Shown: positions 9,328-20,775, counted from the stretch's first letter. The stretch: 64,000 nt of DNA from Tagaea sp. (GCA_965279525.1 CBDIIB010000005.1:192001-256000); one strand, 5' to 3'. Numbers and translations are program-made. The notes: generated by a model from the letters alone, not told the origin.

Positions 9328-10577
9328 CAGGCCTTCTCCATCGACTTGGCGGACTTGAGCACCGGTTCGGCGATCGACGCCGGCAGCGGGCGCGGGCGTT
9401 CGAACCAGCCGAGCAGCGGCAGGAACACGAGGAAGTGCAGGAAGTAGAGGAGCGTGGCGATCTGGCCCAGGATCAGCGGCAGGCCTTCGGCGGGCTGCGA
9501 GCCGGCCCAGCCGAGCACGCAGGTGACGACCATGAACAGCCAGAAGAACACGCGGAACGCCGGGCGGAAACGGCCCGAGCGCACGCGGCTGGTGTCGAGC
9601 CACGGCAGCAGGAACAGGATGGCGATGGCGCCGAACATCAGCAGTACGCCGCCCAGCTTGTCGGGCACGGCGCGCAGGATCGCGTAGAACGGCAGGAAGT
9701 ACCATTCCGGCACGATGTGCGCGGGCGTGACCAGCGGGTTGGCCGGGATCCAGTTGTCGGGATGGCCCAGCGTGTAGGGGCTGAAGAACACGAAGTACGC
9801 GAACACGATCAGGAACACGCCCAGGCCGAACGCGTCCTTGGCCGTGTAATAGGGGTGGAACGGGATCTTGTCCTGCGGGCCCTTGGCGTCGATGCCGAGC
9901 GGGTTGTTCGAGCCGTGCACGTGCAGCGCCCACAGGTGCAGCAGCACGAGGCCCGCGATGACGAACGGCAGCAGGTAGTGGAGTGCGAAGAAGCGGTTCA
10001 GCGTCGGGTTGTCGACCGAGAAGCCGCCCCACAGCCACGTGACGATCTCCTGGCCCACGACCGGGATGGCCGAGAACAGGTTGGTGATGACGGTCGCGCC
10101 CCAGAAGCTCATCTGGCCCCAGGGAAGCACGTAGCCCATGAACGCGGTCGCCATCATCGCGAGGAAGATGGCGAGGCCCAGCCACCACAGGATCTCGCGC
10201 GGCGCCTTGTACGAGCCGTAATAGAGGCCGCGCGCGATGTGGATGTAGACGGCGATGAAGAACATCGACGCGCCGTTCATGTGGATGTAGCGGATCAGCC
10301 AGCCGTAGTTGACGTCGCGCATGATGCGTTCGACCGAGTCGAACGCCGTCAGCGTCGAGGCCTGGTAGTTCATGGCGAGGAAGATGCCCGACACGATCAT
10401 GATGACGAGCATCACGCCGGCGAGCGAGCCGAAGTTCCACAGATAGTTCAGGTTGCGCGGTGCCGGATACTTGATGAGCTGGGTGTCGATCAGCTCGAAG
10501 ATCGGCAGGCGATGGTCGACCCACTTGACGATCGGGTTCGACATGAAAGGCGACGGGACGTAGTCGTATTTGGCCAT
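9327..10577 (-). CDS. petB: cytochrome b
   Basis: [32 protein letters not shown] and PEWY motifs. Confidence 0.98.
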   Translation of the reverse strand: MAKYDYVPSPFMSNPIVKWVDHRLPIFELIDTQLIKYPAPRNLNYLWNFGSLAGVMLVIMIVSGIFLAMNYQASTLTAFDSVERIMRDVNYGWLIRYIHMNGASMFFIAVYIHIARGLYYGSYKAPREILWWLGLAIFLAMMATAFMGYVLPWGQMSFWGATVITNLFSAIPVVGQEIVTWLWGGFSVDNPTLNRFFALHYLLPFVIAGLVLLHLWALHVHGSNNPLGIDAKGPQDKIPFHPYYTAKDAFGLGVFLIVFAYFVFFSPYTLGHPDNWIPANPLVTPAHIVPEWYFLPFYAILRAVPDKLGGVLLMFGAIAILFLLPWLDTSRVRSGRFRPAFRVFFWLFMVVTCVLGWAGSQPAEGLPLILGQIATLLYFLHFLVFLPLLGWFERPRPLPASIAEPVLKSAKSMEKA

Positions 10578-10587
10578 GGCGCGCGCC

Positions 10588-11163
10588 TCAACCGATCCGG
10601 ATGGTGGTGTCGTTCGTGAAGGTATAGCCGGGCACCTCGAGATTCTTGGGTGCCGGCCCGCGGCGGATGCGGCCCGACGTGTCGTAGTGCGAGCCGTGGC
10701 ACGGGCAGAACCAGCCGCCGAAATCGCCCTTGGAGTCCGACGGCTTCTGGCCGAGCGGCACGCAGCCCAGATGGGTGCACACGCCCAGCAGCACGAGCCA
10801 GTTTTCCTTCTGCACGCGCGCCGAGTCCTTCTGCGGGTCCGGCAGGGCAGCGCTGTCGTCGGCCTTGGCCTTGGCGATTTCCTCGGGCGTGCGGTTGCGC
10901 ACGAACACCGGGCGGCCGCGCCATGTCACCGTGATCGCCTGCCCGGGCTGGATCGCCGACAGGACGACCTCGGTCGAGGCGAGTGCGAGCACGTCGGCCG
11001 ACGGGTTCATCGAGTGGATGAAGGCCCAGCCGGTGAGTGCGGCACCCGTGGCGCCGAAGGCGGTCGCGGAGAGATAGAGGAAGTCGCGCCGCGTGGTGCC
11101 GTCGGGGTGCTGGCGCCCCTCGCCGTGCGGAGCGGAAACCGTGGAAGTACCGGACTGAGCCAT
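10588..11163 (-). CDS. petA: ubiquinol-cytochrome c reductase Rieske Fe-S subunit
   Basis: Tat motif TRRDFL, CTHLGC and CPCHGS. Confidence 0.98.
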   Translation of the reverse strand: MAQSGTSTVSAPHGEGRQHPDGTTRRDFLYLSATAFGATGAALTGWAFIHSMNPSADVLALASTEVVLSAIQPGQAITVTWRGRPVFVRNRTPEEIAKAKADDSAALPDPQKDSARVQKENWLVLLGVCTHLGCVPLGQKPSDSKGDFGGWFCPCHGSHYDTSGRIRRGPAPKNLEVPGYTFTNDTTIRIG

Positions 11164-11251
11164 CGCGATGGACCCTCTTTATTGCAGCCCGCTCAATGGA
11201 GCGGCAGGCCGCTTGTCGCAACGAGAAACTTACATTGCCCCGACCCGGTGG

Positions 11252-11272
11252 CCTGCGACGGGTTGTCGCAGG
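11252..11272. promoter_or_regulatory. RegA/PrrA/RegR-like box upstream of petABC
   Basis: CCTGCGAC-GGGTT-GTCGCAGG palindrome matching GCG(G/A)C-N5-GTCGC; a weaker copy lies at about 11205-11219. Confidence 0.6.
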
Positions 11273-11410
11273 ATTCGAGCGGCTTGGCGGGCTTTGCCCG
11301 CAGGCTTGGTGCGGGTATAGCCCGCCCGCGCCCGGGATGCAAAGGCTGGCAGCCGGCTACCGCTTTCGTGTCAGGGCCCGAGACCGGACATACGGTGTTA
11401 ATTTAGTCCC

Positions 11411-11878
11411 ATGACCCTGCGCCTTGCCCTCTACGAGCCGGATATCGCCGCCAATACGGGCACGATCCTGCGGCTGGCCGCGTGCCTGGGCGTGGGCGTG
11501 GACGTCATCGAGCCGTGCGGATTCGTCTGGTCGGAGCCCAAGCTGCGCCGGGCGGGCATGGATTATCTCGACCGGGTCGATCTCGTGCGCCACACGAGCT
11601 TTGCGCGATTCCGCGAAGCCCCCGCCCCCGGCCGGCTGGTGCTGCTGTCGACGAAGGCGTCCGTCCGGCTGCCCGATTTCCGGTTCGAGGCAGGCGACAC
11701 GCTGCTGCTGGGCCGCGAGAGTGCCGGCGTGCCCGACGCGGTGCGCGATGCCGCCGACGCGGCCGTGCGCGTGCCGATGGCGGCGGGCGAACGATCGCTC
11801 AACGTCGCACTTGCGGCAGCCCTCGTCCTGGGTGAAGCCTTACGCCAGCTCGACGCCTATCCGGAGGAGAACGCGTGA
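11411..11878 (+). CDS. trmL: tRNA (cytidine(34)-2'-O)-methyltransferase, SPOUT family
   Basis: [29 protein letters not shown] and RSLNVA motifs. Confidence 0.93.
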   Translation: MTLRLALYEPDIAANTGTILRLAACLGVGVDVIEPCGFVWSEPKLRRAGMDYLDRVDLVRHTSFARFREAPAPGRLVLLSTKASVRLPDFRFEAGDTLLLGRESAGVPDAVRDAADAAVRVPMAAGERSLNVALAAALVLGEALRQLDAYPEENA

Positions 11879-12737
11879 ACACCGAAGACAAGAAGGCGCA
11901 GGCCGAAGCCTGGTTCCAGGGCCTGCGCGACCGGATCTGTGCGGCATTCGAGAAGCTCGAGGACGATCTTTCCGCCGGCCCCCACGCGGCCCTTCCCGCC
12001 GGCCGGTTCGCGCGCAAGCCGTGGACGCGCACCGACCATAGCGGTGCGCCCGGCGGCGGCGGCACGATGGCCGTGATGCATGGGCGCGTGTTCGAGAAGG
12101 TCGGCGTCAACGTGTCGACCGTGTTCGGCAGCTTCGCGCCCGAATTCGCCAAGAACATGCCGGGGGCCGCCGACGATCCGCGCTTCTGGGCGTCGGGCAT
12201 TTCGCTCGTCGCGCACATGCGCTCGCCCAAGGTGCCGGCCGTCCACATGAACACGCGCCATATCGTGACGACCAAGGCGTGGTTCGGCGGCGGCGGCGAC
12301 CTCACGCCGATGGTGCCGCACGAGCCCGACACGCAGGCTTTCCACGCGGCCTATAAAAAGGCGTGCGACGCGCACGATCCGGCCTACTACCCGCGCTTCA
12401 AGAAATGGTGCGACGAATATTTCTTCCTGCCCCACCGCAACGAGCCGCGCGGCGTGGGCGGCATCTTCTACGACAACCTGGATACCGGCGACTGGCGAAG
12501 GACTTCGCCTTCACGAAGGACGTGGGCGAGGCCTTCCTCGACGCGTACCCCAAGCTCGTCGCCGCCCACATGCACGAGCCGTGGACGCAGGCCGAGCGCG
12601 AGCACCAGCGCGTGCGCCGCGGGCGCTATGTGGAATTCAACCTGCTCTACGACCGCGGCACCACCTTCGGCCTGAAGACCGGCGGCAACGTGGAAGCGAT
12701 CCTGATGAGCCTGCCGCCGGACGTGAGCTGGCCGTAA
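11875..12737 (+). pseudogene. hemF: oxygen-dependent coproporphyrinogen III oxidase, frameshifted near 12495
   Basis: N-part ([31 protein letters not shown]) is in one frame; C-part ([28 protein letters not shown]) is in another. One base appears missing in GAC TGG ^CG AAG GAC TTC. Could be a sequencing error. Confidence 0.88.
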
Positions 12738-12764
12738 CTGGCTTCAATTTGGTGTAAATTTTAC

Positions 12765-12778
12765 CTGATCTACATCAA
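12765..12778 (+). promoter_or_regulatory. FNR/FixK-like box upstream of the MCP-PilZ gene
   Basis: CTGAT-CTAC-ATCAA, one mismatch to TTGAT-N4-ATCAA; CATTAT at 12801-12806 fits a -10 in class II geometry. Confidence 0.5.
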
Positions 12779-12859
12779 GGATGCGGTAATACATCCGCGT
12801 CATTATCCATTCGTCATATGTAGAAAAATACACCCCGAAAGCGTCCGGAGATTCCCGTC

Positions 12860-15289
12860 ATGTCGTTCCTCGCCGGCATCCGCGCCAAGCTCGTCCTGCT
12901 GCTCCTCGTCTTCGGCCTGCTGCCGGTGATCGCGGTCGGCGCCTTCTTCAAGGCCCAGCGCAGCAACCTCGAGGAGATCGTCACCGACCGGCTCGAGGAT
13001 TCCGCACGCTCCATCGCCGACGTGATCGACCGCAACCTGTTCGAGCGCTACGGCGACGTGCAGGCCTTCCTGCTCAACCCGGCCGTCGCCGATCGCGACA
13101 ACTGGAAGAAGGCGGGTGCGGCCAACGGGCTGATCGAGGCGATGGACGGCTACACGCAGCTCTACGGCCTCTACAAGGTCATGCTGCTGGTCGACGCGAA
13201 GGGCGACGTGCTCGCGGTCAATTCGGTGGGCGCCAACGGCAAGCCGATCGCGACCGAGAAGCTCTACGGGCAGAACTTCGCCGACGCGAGCTGGCTCAAG
13301 CGCACGCTCGCCGAGGACTATCTCAAGGGCACCAACGGCCTGAGCGGCACCGTCGTCGACGTGCCCGGCCCCAGCCAGGTCGTGGCGCAGGCCTAAGGCA
13401 GCGACGGCTGGTCGATCGTGTTCGCCGCCCCGCTCAAGGACAAGGACGGCAAGGTCGTCGCCGTGTGGGCCAACTTCGCGGAGTTCGAGCTGGTCGAGCA
13501 GATCGTCGCGTCGAGCTACAAGGGCCTCGCGGCCAACGGCATGGCGTCGGCCGAGATCACGGTGCTGGATCCCAAGGGCATCGTGCTCGTCGATTTCGAC
13601 CTCAAGGGCCGCAATCTGAAGGAATACACGCGCGACCCGGCCGTCATCGGCAAGCTCAATCTCGCCACGCTGGGCGTCGAGGCGGCCATCAAGGCGGTCA
13701 ACAAGCAGAACGGCATGATCGTGTCGATGCATGCGCGCAAGAAGATCCTGCAGGGCGCGGGCTTCGCGCACAGCGTGGGCGCCTACGACTATCCCGGCCT
13801 GTCCTGGTCCGTGCTGGTGCGCGTGCCGGTCGAGGAAGCCTTCGCCGACATCAACCGCATCGAGACGACGCTGCTGGTCGTGTTCGTCGTGGCGCTTGGC
13901 GCCATCGTCGCCGGCGGGCTCGTCATCGGCGCCATCGCCGTGCGCCCGCTCAACGCGCTGACCGGCGCCATGAACAGCCTCGCCGGCGGCGATCTCGCCA
14001 CCGAAGTGCCCGGCGTGGGTCGCAAGGACGAGCTTGGCCGGATGGCCGAGGCCATGCAGGTCTTCAAGGACAACGCCAAGGAAGCCGAGCGCCTGAAGGG
14101 CGAGCAGGTCCGCATGGCCGAGGAAGCCGAGCGCCAGAAGAAGAAGGCGCTGATGGACATGGCCGAGACGGTCGAGCGCGAGACCGCGAGTGCCGTCGAG
14201 GCGATCGCGCAGAACACGCGCCAGGTCGACGGGGCCGCGCAAGGCATGTCGCAGCTTGCCGTCAACGTGTCGGCCGATTCCCAGGCCGTCGCGGCGGCGT
14301 CGGAAGAAGCGCTGGTCAACGTGCAGACCGTTTCCTCGGCCGCCGAAGAGCTGTCGGCCTCGATCCGCGAGATCTCGGGCCAGGTGGCGCGTGCTTCCGC
14401 CGTGACCAAGAACGCGGTCGAGAGCGGCGAGCGGGCGCAGACGACGATCCGCTCGCTGTCGGACGCGGTGGCGAAAATCTCGGAAGTGACGAAGCTGATC
14501 GGCCAGATCGCCGGGCAGACGAACCTGCTCGCCCTCAACGCCACGATCGAGGCGGCGCGCGCGGGCGATGCCGGCAAGGGCTTCGCGGTGGTGGCATCGG
14601 AGGTGAAGAACCTCGCCAACCAGACCGGCCGCTCGACCGAGGACATCGACCGTCAGGTCGGCGAGATCCAGTCGGCGACCGAAGCGGCCGTGAAGGCCGT
14701 GGCCGAGATCGGCGAGCGTATCCGCGAGGTCGACGAGGTGGCGGGCGCCATCGCGGCGGCGATGGAAGAACAGGGTGCCGCCACGCAGGAGATCGCGCGC
14801 AACGTCGGCCAGACGGCCGAGGCGGCACGCGAGGTCTCGTCCAAGATCCAGAGCGTCAGCCGCGAGGCGGACAATGTCGGCACGCGTGCGGCGGAAGTGC
14901 GCGAGGCGGTGGCCGGCGTGGGCCAGAGCCTCGACGGGCTCAAGCGCATCCTCGTGCGCGTCGTGCGCACCTCGACGACCGACGCCGACCGGCGCAGGTT
15001 CCCGCGCTACGCGGTCAAGGCCGGCATCGACGTGACGGACGGCGCCAGCAAGAAGGTCCCTGCCACGCTGCTCGATGCCTCGGACGGCGGGGCGCACTTC
15101 CGTTGCGATGCCGCGATGCGCCAGGGCGAGCGCGGCCAGATCCGCTTCGAAGGATTCGGCCAGTCGATGCCCTACACGGTGCGCTTCCGCGAGAAGGACT
15201 CGGTCCATGTCGAGTTCCCGGCCAACGCCGCGTTCGCGTCGTGGATCGGCCAGCGCAGCGCCGGCATGCGGCCCGTCGACGCCGCCTGA
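12860..15289 (+). pseudogene. methyl-accepting chemotaxis protein (TM-Cache-TM-HAMP-MCP-PilZ) with in-frame TAA at 13394-13396
   Basis: ORFs 12860-13396 and 13418-15289 share one frame and are split only by TAA ([17 protein letters not shown]). Contains [32 protein letters not shown] and C-terminal PilZ motifs RRRFPR and DASDGG. Confidence 0.85.
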
Positions 15290-15298
15290 CGGCTGGAC

Positions 15299-15835
15299 CT
15301 AGGCGGCGGGCAGGACCGGATCGGCCCGGAAGACCGGATCGCGGAACACGTCCGCCACGCCGGGTTCCTCCTCGATGCCCGACACGAGCAGGCTCGGCGT
15401 CTGCCCCGGCTCGGCATAGGGCAGCAGGATCCGGCGATAGATGCCCGAAAGGCGCGGCCCGGTCAGCTCCACCTCGTGCAGCATCGGCTCGGCAAGCGCG
15501 TGGACCGCGCGGTAGTCGGCTTCGACGAGATCGCGCAGCGCCACCGGCCGGATGTCGGCCGTATCGCGCTTGTGATAGTCGAGCGGGTGGAAGCTCGCCG
15601 TGCCGAAAATCCGGAAATGGAAGCCGCCTTCGGGCAGCACGTCGATCAGGTGGATGTGGCCGAGCGCGAAGGTGAACGGCTCGAAGCGCGCCAGATGGGG
15701 TGCCGGGATCGCGTCGGCCCCGCATTGCGAGCGCCATGTGGCAAGCAGACGGGTCAGACGTGGCGGGGCATGCGCTTCGGCGAGGCGCCGCGAGGCGAAG
15801 CGGTATCCCGCTTGGCTGTTCAGACCACCCATCAT
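15299..15835 (-). CDS. standalone PAS domain protein (PAS_5/DUF1457-like)
   Basis: LLATWRSQCG..P..LGHIHLIDV..FHFRIFGT..YRRILLP pattern; start uncertain. Confidence 0.7.
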   Translation of the reverse strand: MMGGLNSQAGYRFASRRLAEAHAPPRLTRLLATWRSQCGADAIPAPHLARFEPFTFALGHIHLIDVLPEGGFHFRIFGTASFHPLDYHKRDTADIRPVALRDLVEADYRAVHALAEPMLHEVELTGPRLSGIYRRILLPYAEPGQTPSLLVSGIEEEPGVADVFRDPVFRADPVLPAA

Positions 15836-15951
15836 CCAGAAACGACCTGCCTGTTCGAGCGTCCGCGACTTCGCGCGCGAACTTGCCGGACAAGTCAAAT
15901 ACAGGTCCGGCACCCTGCCATCAAATCCAAAAATTGTGGGTATTAACCCTA

Positions 15952-17202
15952 CTAATTCGTTACCTGGCTGCGGCGCATGCGGGCCAGCAAGGCCGCCCGG
16001 CTCTCGACCGCGCCGAAGGCGATCCACGCTTCCTCGTAGCGTTTGAGCCAAGCCCCCATCGCCGGGCCCGGCTCGATTCCCGTCGCGCGCGCATCCTCGC
16101 CGTTGAGCGGAAAGCGCGGCCGCACCCAGCCGCGCGCCTGGTCGAGCAGTTCTGCAAACCCGTCGTCCGAACCGGATTTCGCCCAGGCGAGCAGCACGAA
16201 ATCGGCAGGATCGCCGCCCAGCCGGTAGAACGCCGCGCGCCGTTCCGGCACCGGCGCCGACGGCAGCATGCGCGCGGTCGGCCGTACCAGTGCCGCAAGC
16301 CGTTCGGCATGGGCATTCGACAGCTTCAGGCGGGCGGCGACCGCCAGGGCCGCATCGGGCGGCAGCACGGCGGCAAGGGCACGCACCGCCGAGGGGGCGG
16401 CCCCGGTCGCCGCGACGATCGATTCGAGCCGGGCGAGCGTTGCGGTCTGCCCGAGCTCCGGCAGCCAGTGGGCGAGCACGCCCGCTTCGCGCATCGCATC
16501 AAGACAATGGGCCGCGCGCGGGCCTTCAAGCAGGCGGAAGAGTTCGCCCGCCACGCGCTCGGCCGACAGGCCGGGCAGCAGCGCGGCAAGTTCGCGGCAC
16601 GCGGCGAGTGCGGGTGCATCGTGCCCGCCCGCCCCGTAGCGCGCGTGGAAGCGGAAGAAGCGCAAGGCCCGCAGCACGTCCTCGCGGATGCGCGTGGCGG
16701 CATCGCCCACGAAGCGCACGCGCCCGGCATCCAGATCTTCCCGCCCGCCGAAATAATCGAAGACCGACCCGTCGGCCGTCATCGACATCGCGTTGATCGT
16801 GAAGTCGCGCCGGGCGGCGTCCGCCCGCCAGTCGTCGGTGAAGGCGACGACTGCGTGCCGCCCGTCGGTTTCCACGTCGCGGCGCAGCGTCGTGATCTCG
16901 AACGTGCGGCCGCGCGCCACGGCCGTGACGGTGCCGTGCGCGATGCCCGTGGGCACGGCCTTCAGCCCCGCCGCCGCCAGCTTCGCCATGACCGCGTCGG
17001 GGACCAGCGGGGTGGCGAGATCGAGATCGTTGGGCAGGTCGCCGCGAAGGGCATCGCGCACGCAGCCGCCCACGAAGCGCGCCTCGCCGCCAAGGGCGGC
17101 CAGCACGTCGCGCGTGGCGTCCATCGTGGCCCATTGGGGCAGCGTTTCGAGGCGGGTGGCGGGCGAATCCATCTTGGATGCAAGCCTATCACGGGCCTGC
17201 AT
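15952..17202 (-). CDS. cca: CCA tRNA nucleotidyltransferase
   Basis: VGGCVRD, DLDLAT, EITTLRRD, RRDFTINA and IREDVLRALRFFRF motifs. Start is 17202 (TGATG overlap) or 17172. Confidence 0.93.
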   Translation of the reverse strand: MQARDRLASKMDSPATRLETLPQWATMDATRDVLAALGGEARFVGGCVRDALRGDLPNDLDLATPLVPDAVMAKLAAAGLKAVPTGIAHGTVTAVARGRTFEITTLRRDVETDGRHAVVAFTDDWRADAARRDFTINAMSMTADGSVFDYFGGREDLDAGRVRFVGDAATRIREDVLRALRFFRFHARYGAGGHDAPALAACRELAALLPGLSAERVAGELFRLLEGPRAAHCLDAMREAGVLAHWLPELGQTATLARLESIVAATGAAPSAVRALAAVLPPDAALAVAARLKLSNAHAERLAALVRPTARMLPSAPVPERRAAFYRLGGDPADFVLLAWAKSGSDDGFAELLDQARGWVRPRFPLNGEDARATGIEPGPAMGAWLKRYEEAWIAFGAVESRAALLARMRRSQVTN

Positions 17203-17969
17203 CAGTCCAGCGCGCGGAAGCTTTCGGCAAGTGCCCGGTCGTAGCCGCGCGAGGCGGCCATCAGGCGCTGGGTATAGGGATCGCGCGCGGCCCCGGTGCG
17301 CAAGGAAGCGGTATCCATTTCCTCGACGATCTTGCCGCGGCTCATCACCGCCAGGCGCGAGCACATGTGCGCCACGACCGCGAGATTGTGGCTGACCATC
17401 ACGAAGGTGAGGTTGCGCTTGCGCCGGAGCGCATCGAGTAGGTTCAGCACTTCGGCCTGGATCGACACGTCGAGCGCGGATGTCGGCTCGTCGAGCAGCA
17501 GCATCTCCGGCTCGACGATAAGGGCCCGCGCGATCGCCACGCGCTGGCGCTGGCCGCCGGAAAGCTGGTGCGGGTAGCGGAAGCGGAAGCCGTGGCCGAG
17601 GCCCACTTCCTCCAGCGCCTTCTCGATGCGCTCTTCCCGGCGGTCGAGCCCGTGGATCGCCAGCGGCTCGGCCAGCGCCCGGTCGATCGTCTGGCGCGGA
17701 TGCAGCGAGCCGTAGGGATCCTGGAACACCATCTGCACGCGGCTGTAGAAGGCGCGGTCGCGTTTCTTCGCCAGTTCCCTGCCGTCGAAGCGGATCGTGC
17801 CCGTCCAGGTGTCGAGCAGGCCCGCCAACGCGCGCAGCACGGTCGACTTGCCCGAGCCTGACTCGCCCACCAGCCCGTAGCTTTCCCCGCGCGCGACGGC
17901 AAAGCGCGCGGCATCGACCGCGCGCATGTCGCCGAACATCACGCCCAGATTCTCGGCCGTGAGGATCAT
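17202..17969 (-). CDS. peptide ABC transporter ATP-binding protein (DppF/DdpF-like)
   Basis: [17 protein letters not shown] and [11 protein letters not shown] motifs. Confidence 0.93.
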   Translation of the reverse strand: MILTAENLGVMFGDMRAVDAARFAVARGESYGLVGESGSGKSTVLRALAGLLDTWTGTIRFDGRELAKKRDRAFYSRVQMVFQDPYGSLHPRQTIDRALAEPLAIHGLDRREERIEKALEEVGLGHGFRFRYPHQLSGGQRQRVAIARALIVEPEMLLLDEPTSALDVSIQAEVLNLLDALRRKRNLTFVMVSHNLAVVAHMCSRLAVMSRGKIVEEMDTASLRTGAARDPYTQRLMAASRGYDRALAESFRALD

Positions 17970-18808
17970 GTCCCCTCCAGCCAGGCGGCATCGCGCGTCA
18001 GAACCGGCAGTTCGCGCTGCGCGCGGTCGAGGCGCGGCACGCAGTCTAGGAGGCCGCGCGTATAGGGATGCTTGGCACCGGCAAGCTCGGACGCCTTCAG
18101 CGTCTCGACCACGCGCCCGCCATACATGACCAGCACGCGGTCGCAGAACGCGGCGACGAGATCGAGATCGTGGCTGACGAAGATGAGACCCATGCCGCGG
18201 CGCGACACCAGCTCGTCGAGGATGGCGAGCACCTGCATCTGCACGGTCACGTCGAGCGCTGATGTCGGCTCGTCGGCGATAAGGAGCTCGGGCTCGGCCA
18301 CCAGCATCATCGCGATCATCGCACGCTGGCCCATGCCGCCGGACACCTCGTGCGGATAGAGGTCGTAGACGCGCTCGGGATCGCGGATGCGCACGGCTTC
18401 GAGCACGGCCAGCGCCTTCTCGCGCGCCTCTGCCCGGCCCGCCTTGACGTGCACGCGGTAGGCTTCGGCGATCTGCTGGCCGACCGTCATCACGGGATTG
18501 AGCGAGAATTTCGGGTCCTGCATGACCATCGCCATGCGCTTGCCGCGAAGCTTGCGCCAGCCTGCCGGGTCGAGGCCGCGCAGATCCTGCCCGTCGAACT
18601 CCAGCCGCCTGGCGCGCACCTCGCCCGCCGGTGGCGTGAGGCCCAGCAACGCGCGGCCCGTCACCGACTTGCCCGAGCCGGACTCGCCGACGATGCCGAT
18701 CTTTTCCTTGCCCATCGTCAGCGACACGCCGCGCACCGCGTTGACGACGCGGTTGCGCAGGCGGAACGTGACGTGCAGGTCCTCGATGGCGACGAGCGGC
18801 TTTTCCAT
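17966..18808 (-). CDS. peptide ABC transporter ATP-binding protein (DppD/DdpD-like)
   Basis: [20 protein letters not shown] and ADEPTSALD motifs; start MEKPLV at 18808. Confidence 0.93.
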   Translation of the reverse strand: MEKPLVAIEDLHVTFRLRNRVVNAVRGVSLTMGKEKIGIVGESGSGKSVTGRALLGLTPPAGEVRARRLEFDGQDLRGLDPAGWRKLRGKRMAMVMQDPKFSLNPVMTVGQQIAEAYRVHVKAGRAEAREKALAVLEAVRIRDPERVYDLYPHEVSGGMGQRAMIAMMLVAEPELLIADEPTSALDVTVQMQVLAILDELVSRRGMGLIFVSHDLDLVAAFCDRVLVMYGGRVVETLKASELAGAKHPYTRGLLDCVPRLDRAQRELPVLTRDAAWLEGT

Positions 18809-19707
18809 CAGTCGCGCTTCGGGTCCAGCACGTCGCGCAACCCGTCGCCCAGCAGGTTGAAGCCCAGCGACACGATGAAGATCGCGATCCCCGGCATCGT
18901 CGCCACCCACCACTGGTCGAGCAGGAAGCGCCGGCCCGACGAGATCATGGCCCCCCATTCGGGGCTGGGCGGCTGGGCGCCGAGGCCGAGGAACCCGAGG
19001 CCGGCCGCCGTCAGGATGATGCCGGCCATGTCGAGCGTCATGCGCACGATGGTGGACGACACGCACATGGGCGCCACATGCCGCAGCACGATGCGCAGGC
19101 CCGAAGCGCCCTGCGCCTGCACGGCCGCGATGTAGTCGGCCTTGCGCACGACAAGCGTTTCGGCGCGTGCGAGGCGCGCATAGGGCGGCCATGTCGTGAG
19201 TGCAATCGCCAGCACCGCGTTCTCGATGCCGGGCTTGAGTGCGGCGACAAGGGCAAGGGCGAGGATCAGGCGCGGGAAGGCGAGGAACACGTCGGTGATG
19301 CGCATCAGGACCGCATCGACCCAGCCGCCGAAATAGCCGGCAAGCGTGCCCACCGCGAGGCCGACCGGGGCGACCGTCACGACGACCAGCAGCACGATGC
19401 CGAGCGTGATGCGCGAGCCCCAGATGATCCGGCTCAGGATGTCGCGGCCCAGCTCGTCCGTACCAAGCCAATGCCGGGCCGACGGCGGATTGAGGCGGAA
19501 ATCGAGGTCCTGCGCGGTCGGCCCATAGGGCGCCAGCAGCGGGGCGAAGATCGCGACGAGCACGAGGCCGAGCACGATCGACAGGCCCACCATCGCCAGC
19601 CCGTTCTGCCGGAAGGCGAGCCAGCTGCGGTAGAAGGCGCCCGCGCGTGCCTGCCCGCGGCTGGCGGGAGCCTCGTCGAGCAGCCAGGCCTGGAGGGTAC
19701 GGCTCAT
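18808..19707 (-). CDS. peptide ABC transporter permease (DppC/DdpC-like)
   Basis: HWLGTDELGRDILSR, EAA-like loop, LGFLGLGAQPPSPEWG. Confidence 0.93.
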   Translation of the reverse strand: MSRTLQAWLLDEAPASRGQARAGAFYRSWLAFRQNGLAMVGLSIVLGLVLVAIFAPLLAPYGPTAQDLDFRLNPPSARHWLGTDELGRDILSRIIWGSRITLGIVLLVVVTVAPVGLAVGTLAGYFGGWVDAVLMRITDVFLAFPRLILALALVAALKPGIENAVLAIALTTWPPYARLARAETLVVRKADYIAAVQAQGASGLRIVLRHVAPMCVSSTIVRMTLDMAGIILTAAGLGFLGLGAQPPSPEWGAMISSGRRFLLDQWWVATMPGIAIFIVSLGFNLLGDGLRDVLDPKRD

Positions 19708-20774
19708 CGCCGGGACCGCGGATCGACGATCCGGTAGAGGATGTCGGAAACGAGGTTGAGGCCGATGAACACCATGCCGACGACGACCGTGCCGCCGAGC
19801 ACGGCGTTCATGTCGGCGGCGAGCAGCGACTGGGTGATGTAGAGGCCGAGGCCCGGCCACGCGAACACCGTCTCGGTCAGCACCGAGCCTTCGAGCAGGT
19901 TGGCGTAGGAGAGTGCAATGACCGTGACGAGCGGCACCATCGCATTGCCCAGCGCATGGCGCCACACGACGCGGAATTCCGACAGGCCCTTCACGCGCGC
20001 CGCGATCACGTATTCCTGGCGCAGCTGTTCGAGCATGAAGCTGCGCGTCATGCGGCTGATGTAGGCAAGGCTGAAATAGCCGAGCAGGCAGGCGGGCAGC
20101 GTCAGGTGGCGGATCGCGTTGCCGAACACCTCCCATTCGCCGGCCATCGCCGAATCGATCAGGATGATGCCGGTGACCGGATCGACGATGTCCTCGAAGC
20201 CGGTCGAAAGGCGCCCGGGCCCCGCGACGATGCCGAGCTTGCCGTAGAACAGGAGCAGGCCCATCAGGCCGAGCCAGAAGACCGGCACCGAATAGCCGAT
20301 CAGGCCGAACACGCGCACGAACTGGTCGGGCCAGCGGTCGCGGTAGACGGCGGCGGCCACGCCCATCGGGATGCCGAACACGACGCCGATCAGCGTGCCG
20401 AGGGTCGCAAGCTCGATCGTCGCGGGGAACACGCGTACGATGTCGTCGATGACGCTGTTGGCCGTGAGCACCGAGCGGCCGAAATCGCCGGTCGCCGCCT
20501 TCTGCAGGTAGATCCAGAACTGCTGCCACAGCGGCAGGTCGAGGCCGAGTTCGAGGCGCACGCGCTCGTACACTTCCGCCGGTGCCCGATCGCCCACCGC
20601 CGCGAGGACGGGATCGATCGGCACGACGCGGCCGATGAAAAACGTGATGAGGAGAAGCCCGAGAAGCGTCGCCGCGACCATGGTTGCGGTCGCGGCGACA
20701 TTCCGGGCGATGCCGGCGGAAGCGGAACCCGTTAGGGTCCAGCGCTTCTTGGCCGACTCGGCAGTCGTCGTCAC
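19704..20774 (-). CDS. peptide ABC transporter permease (DppB/DdpB-like)
   Basis: LGLDLPLWQQF, GDFGRS, FPATIELA and ETVFAWPGLG motifs; GTG start just after the binding-protein stop. Confidence 0.9.
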   Translation of the reverse strand: MTTTAESAKKRWTLTGSASAGIARNVAATATMVAATLLGLLLITFFIGRVVPIDPVLAAVGDRAPAEVYERVRLELGLDLPLWQQFWIYLQKAATGDFGRSVLTANSVIDDIVRVFPATIELATLGTLIGVVFGIPMGVAAAVYRDRWPDQFVRVFGLIGYSVPVFWLGLMGLLLFYGKLGIVAGPGRLSTGFEDIVDPVTGIILIDSAMAGEWEVFGNAIRHLTLPACLLGYFSLAYISRMTRSFMLEQLRQEYVIAARVKGLSEFRVVWRHALGNAMVPLVTVIALSYANLLEGSVLTETVFAWPGLGLYITQSLLAADMNAVLGGTVVVGMVFIGLNLVSDILYRIVDPRSRR

Positions 20775-20775
20775 C

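Noticed and set aside
8566-10524. 652-aa ORF suggesting a cytochrome b-c1 fusion (FbcH-like)
   Set aside because: petB has its own stop overlapping the petC ATG, in a different frame; the upstream part of the long ORF is junk.
13394-13396. Recoding (Sec/Pyl or reassigned stop) at the MCP internal stop
   Set aside because: The codon is TAA, which ends other genes here (petC, hemF, MoxR); no recoding signal is evident.
12803-15208. Very long antisense and alternate-frame ORFs (also 6519-8618, 29313-31481, 35502-37820, 37507-39885)
   Set aside because: These are shadows of real genes in high-GC DNA; the translations are Arg/Ala/Gly-rich with no motifs.
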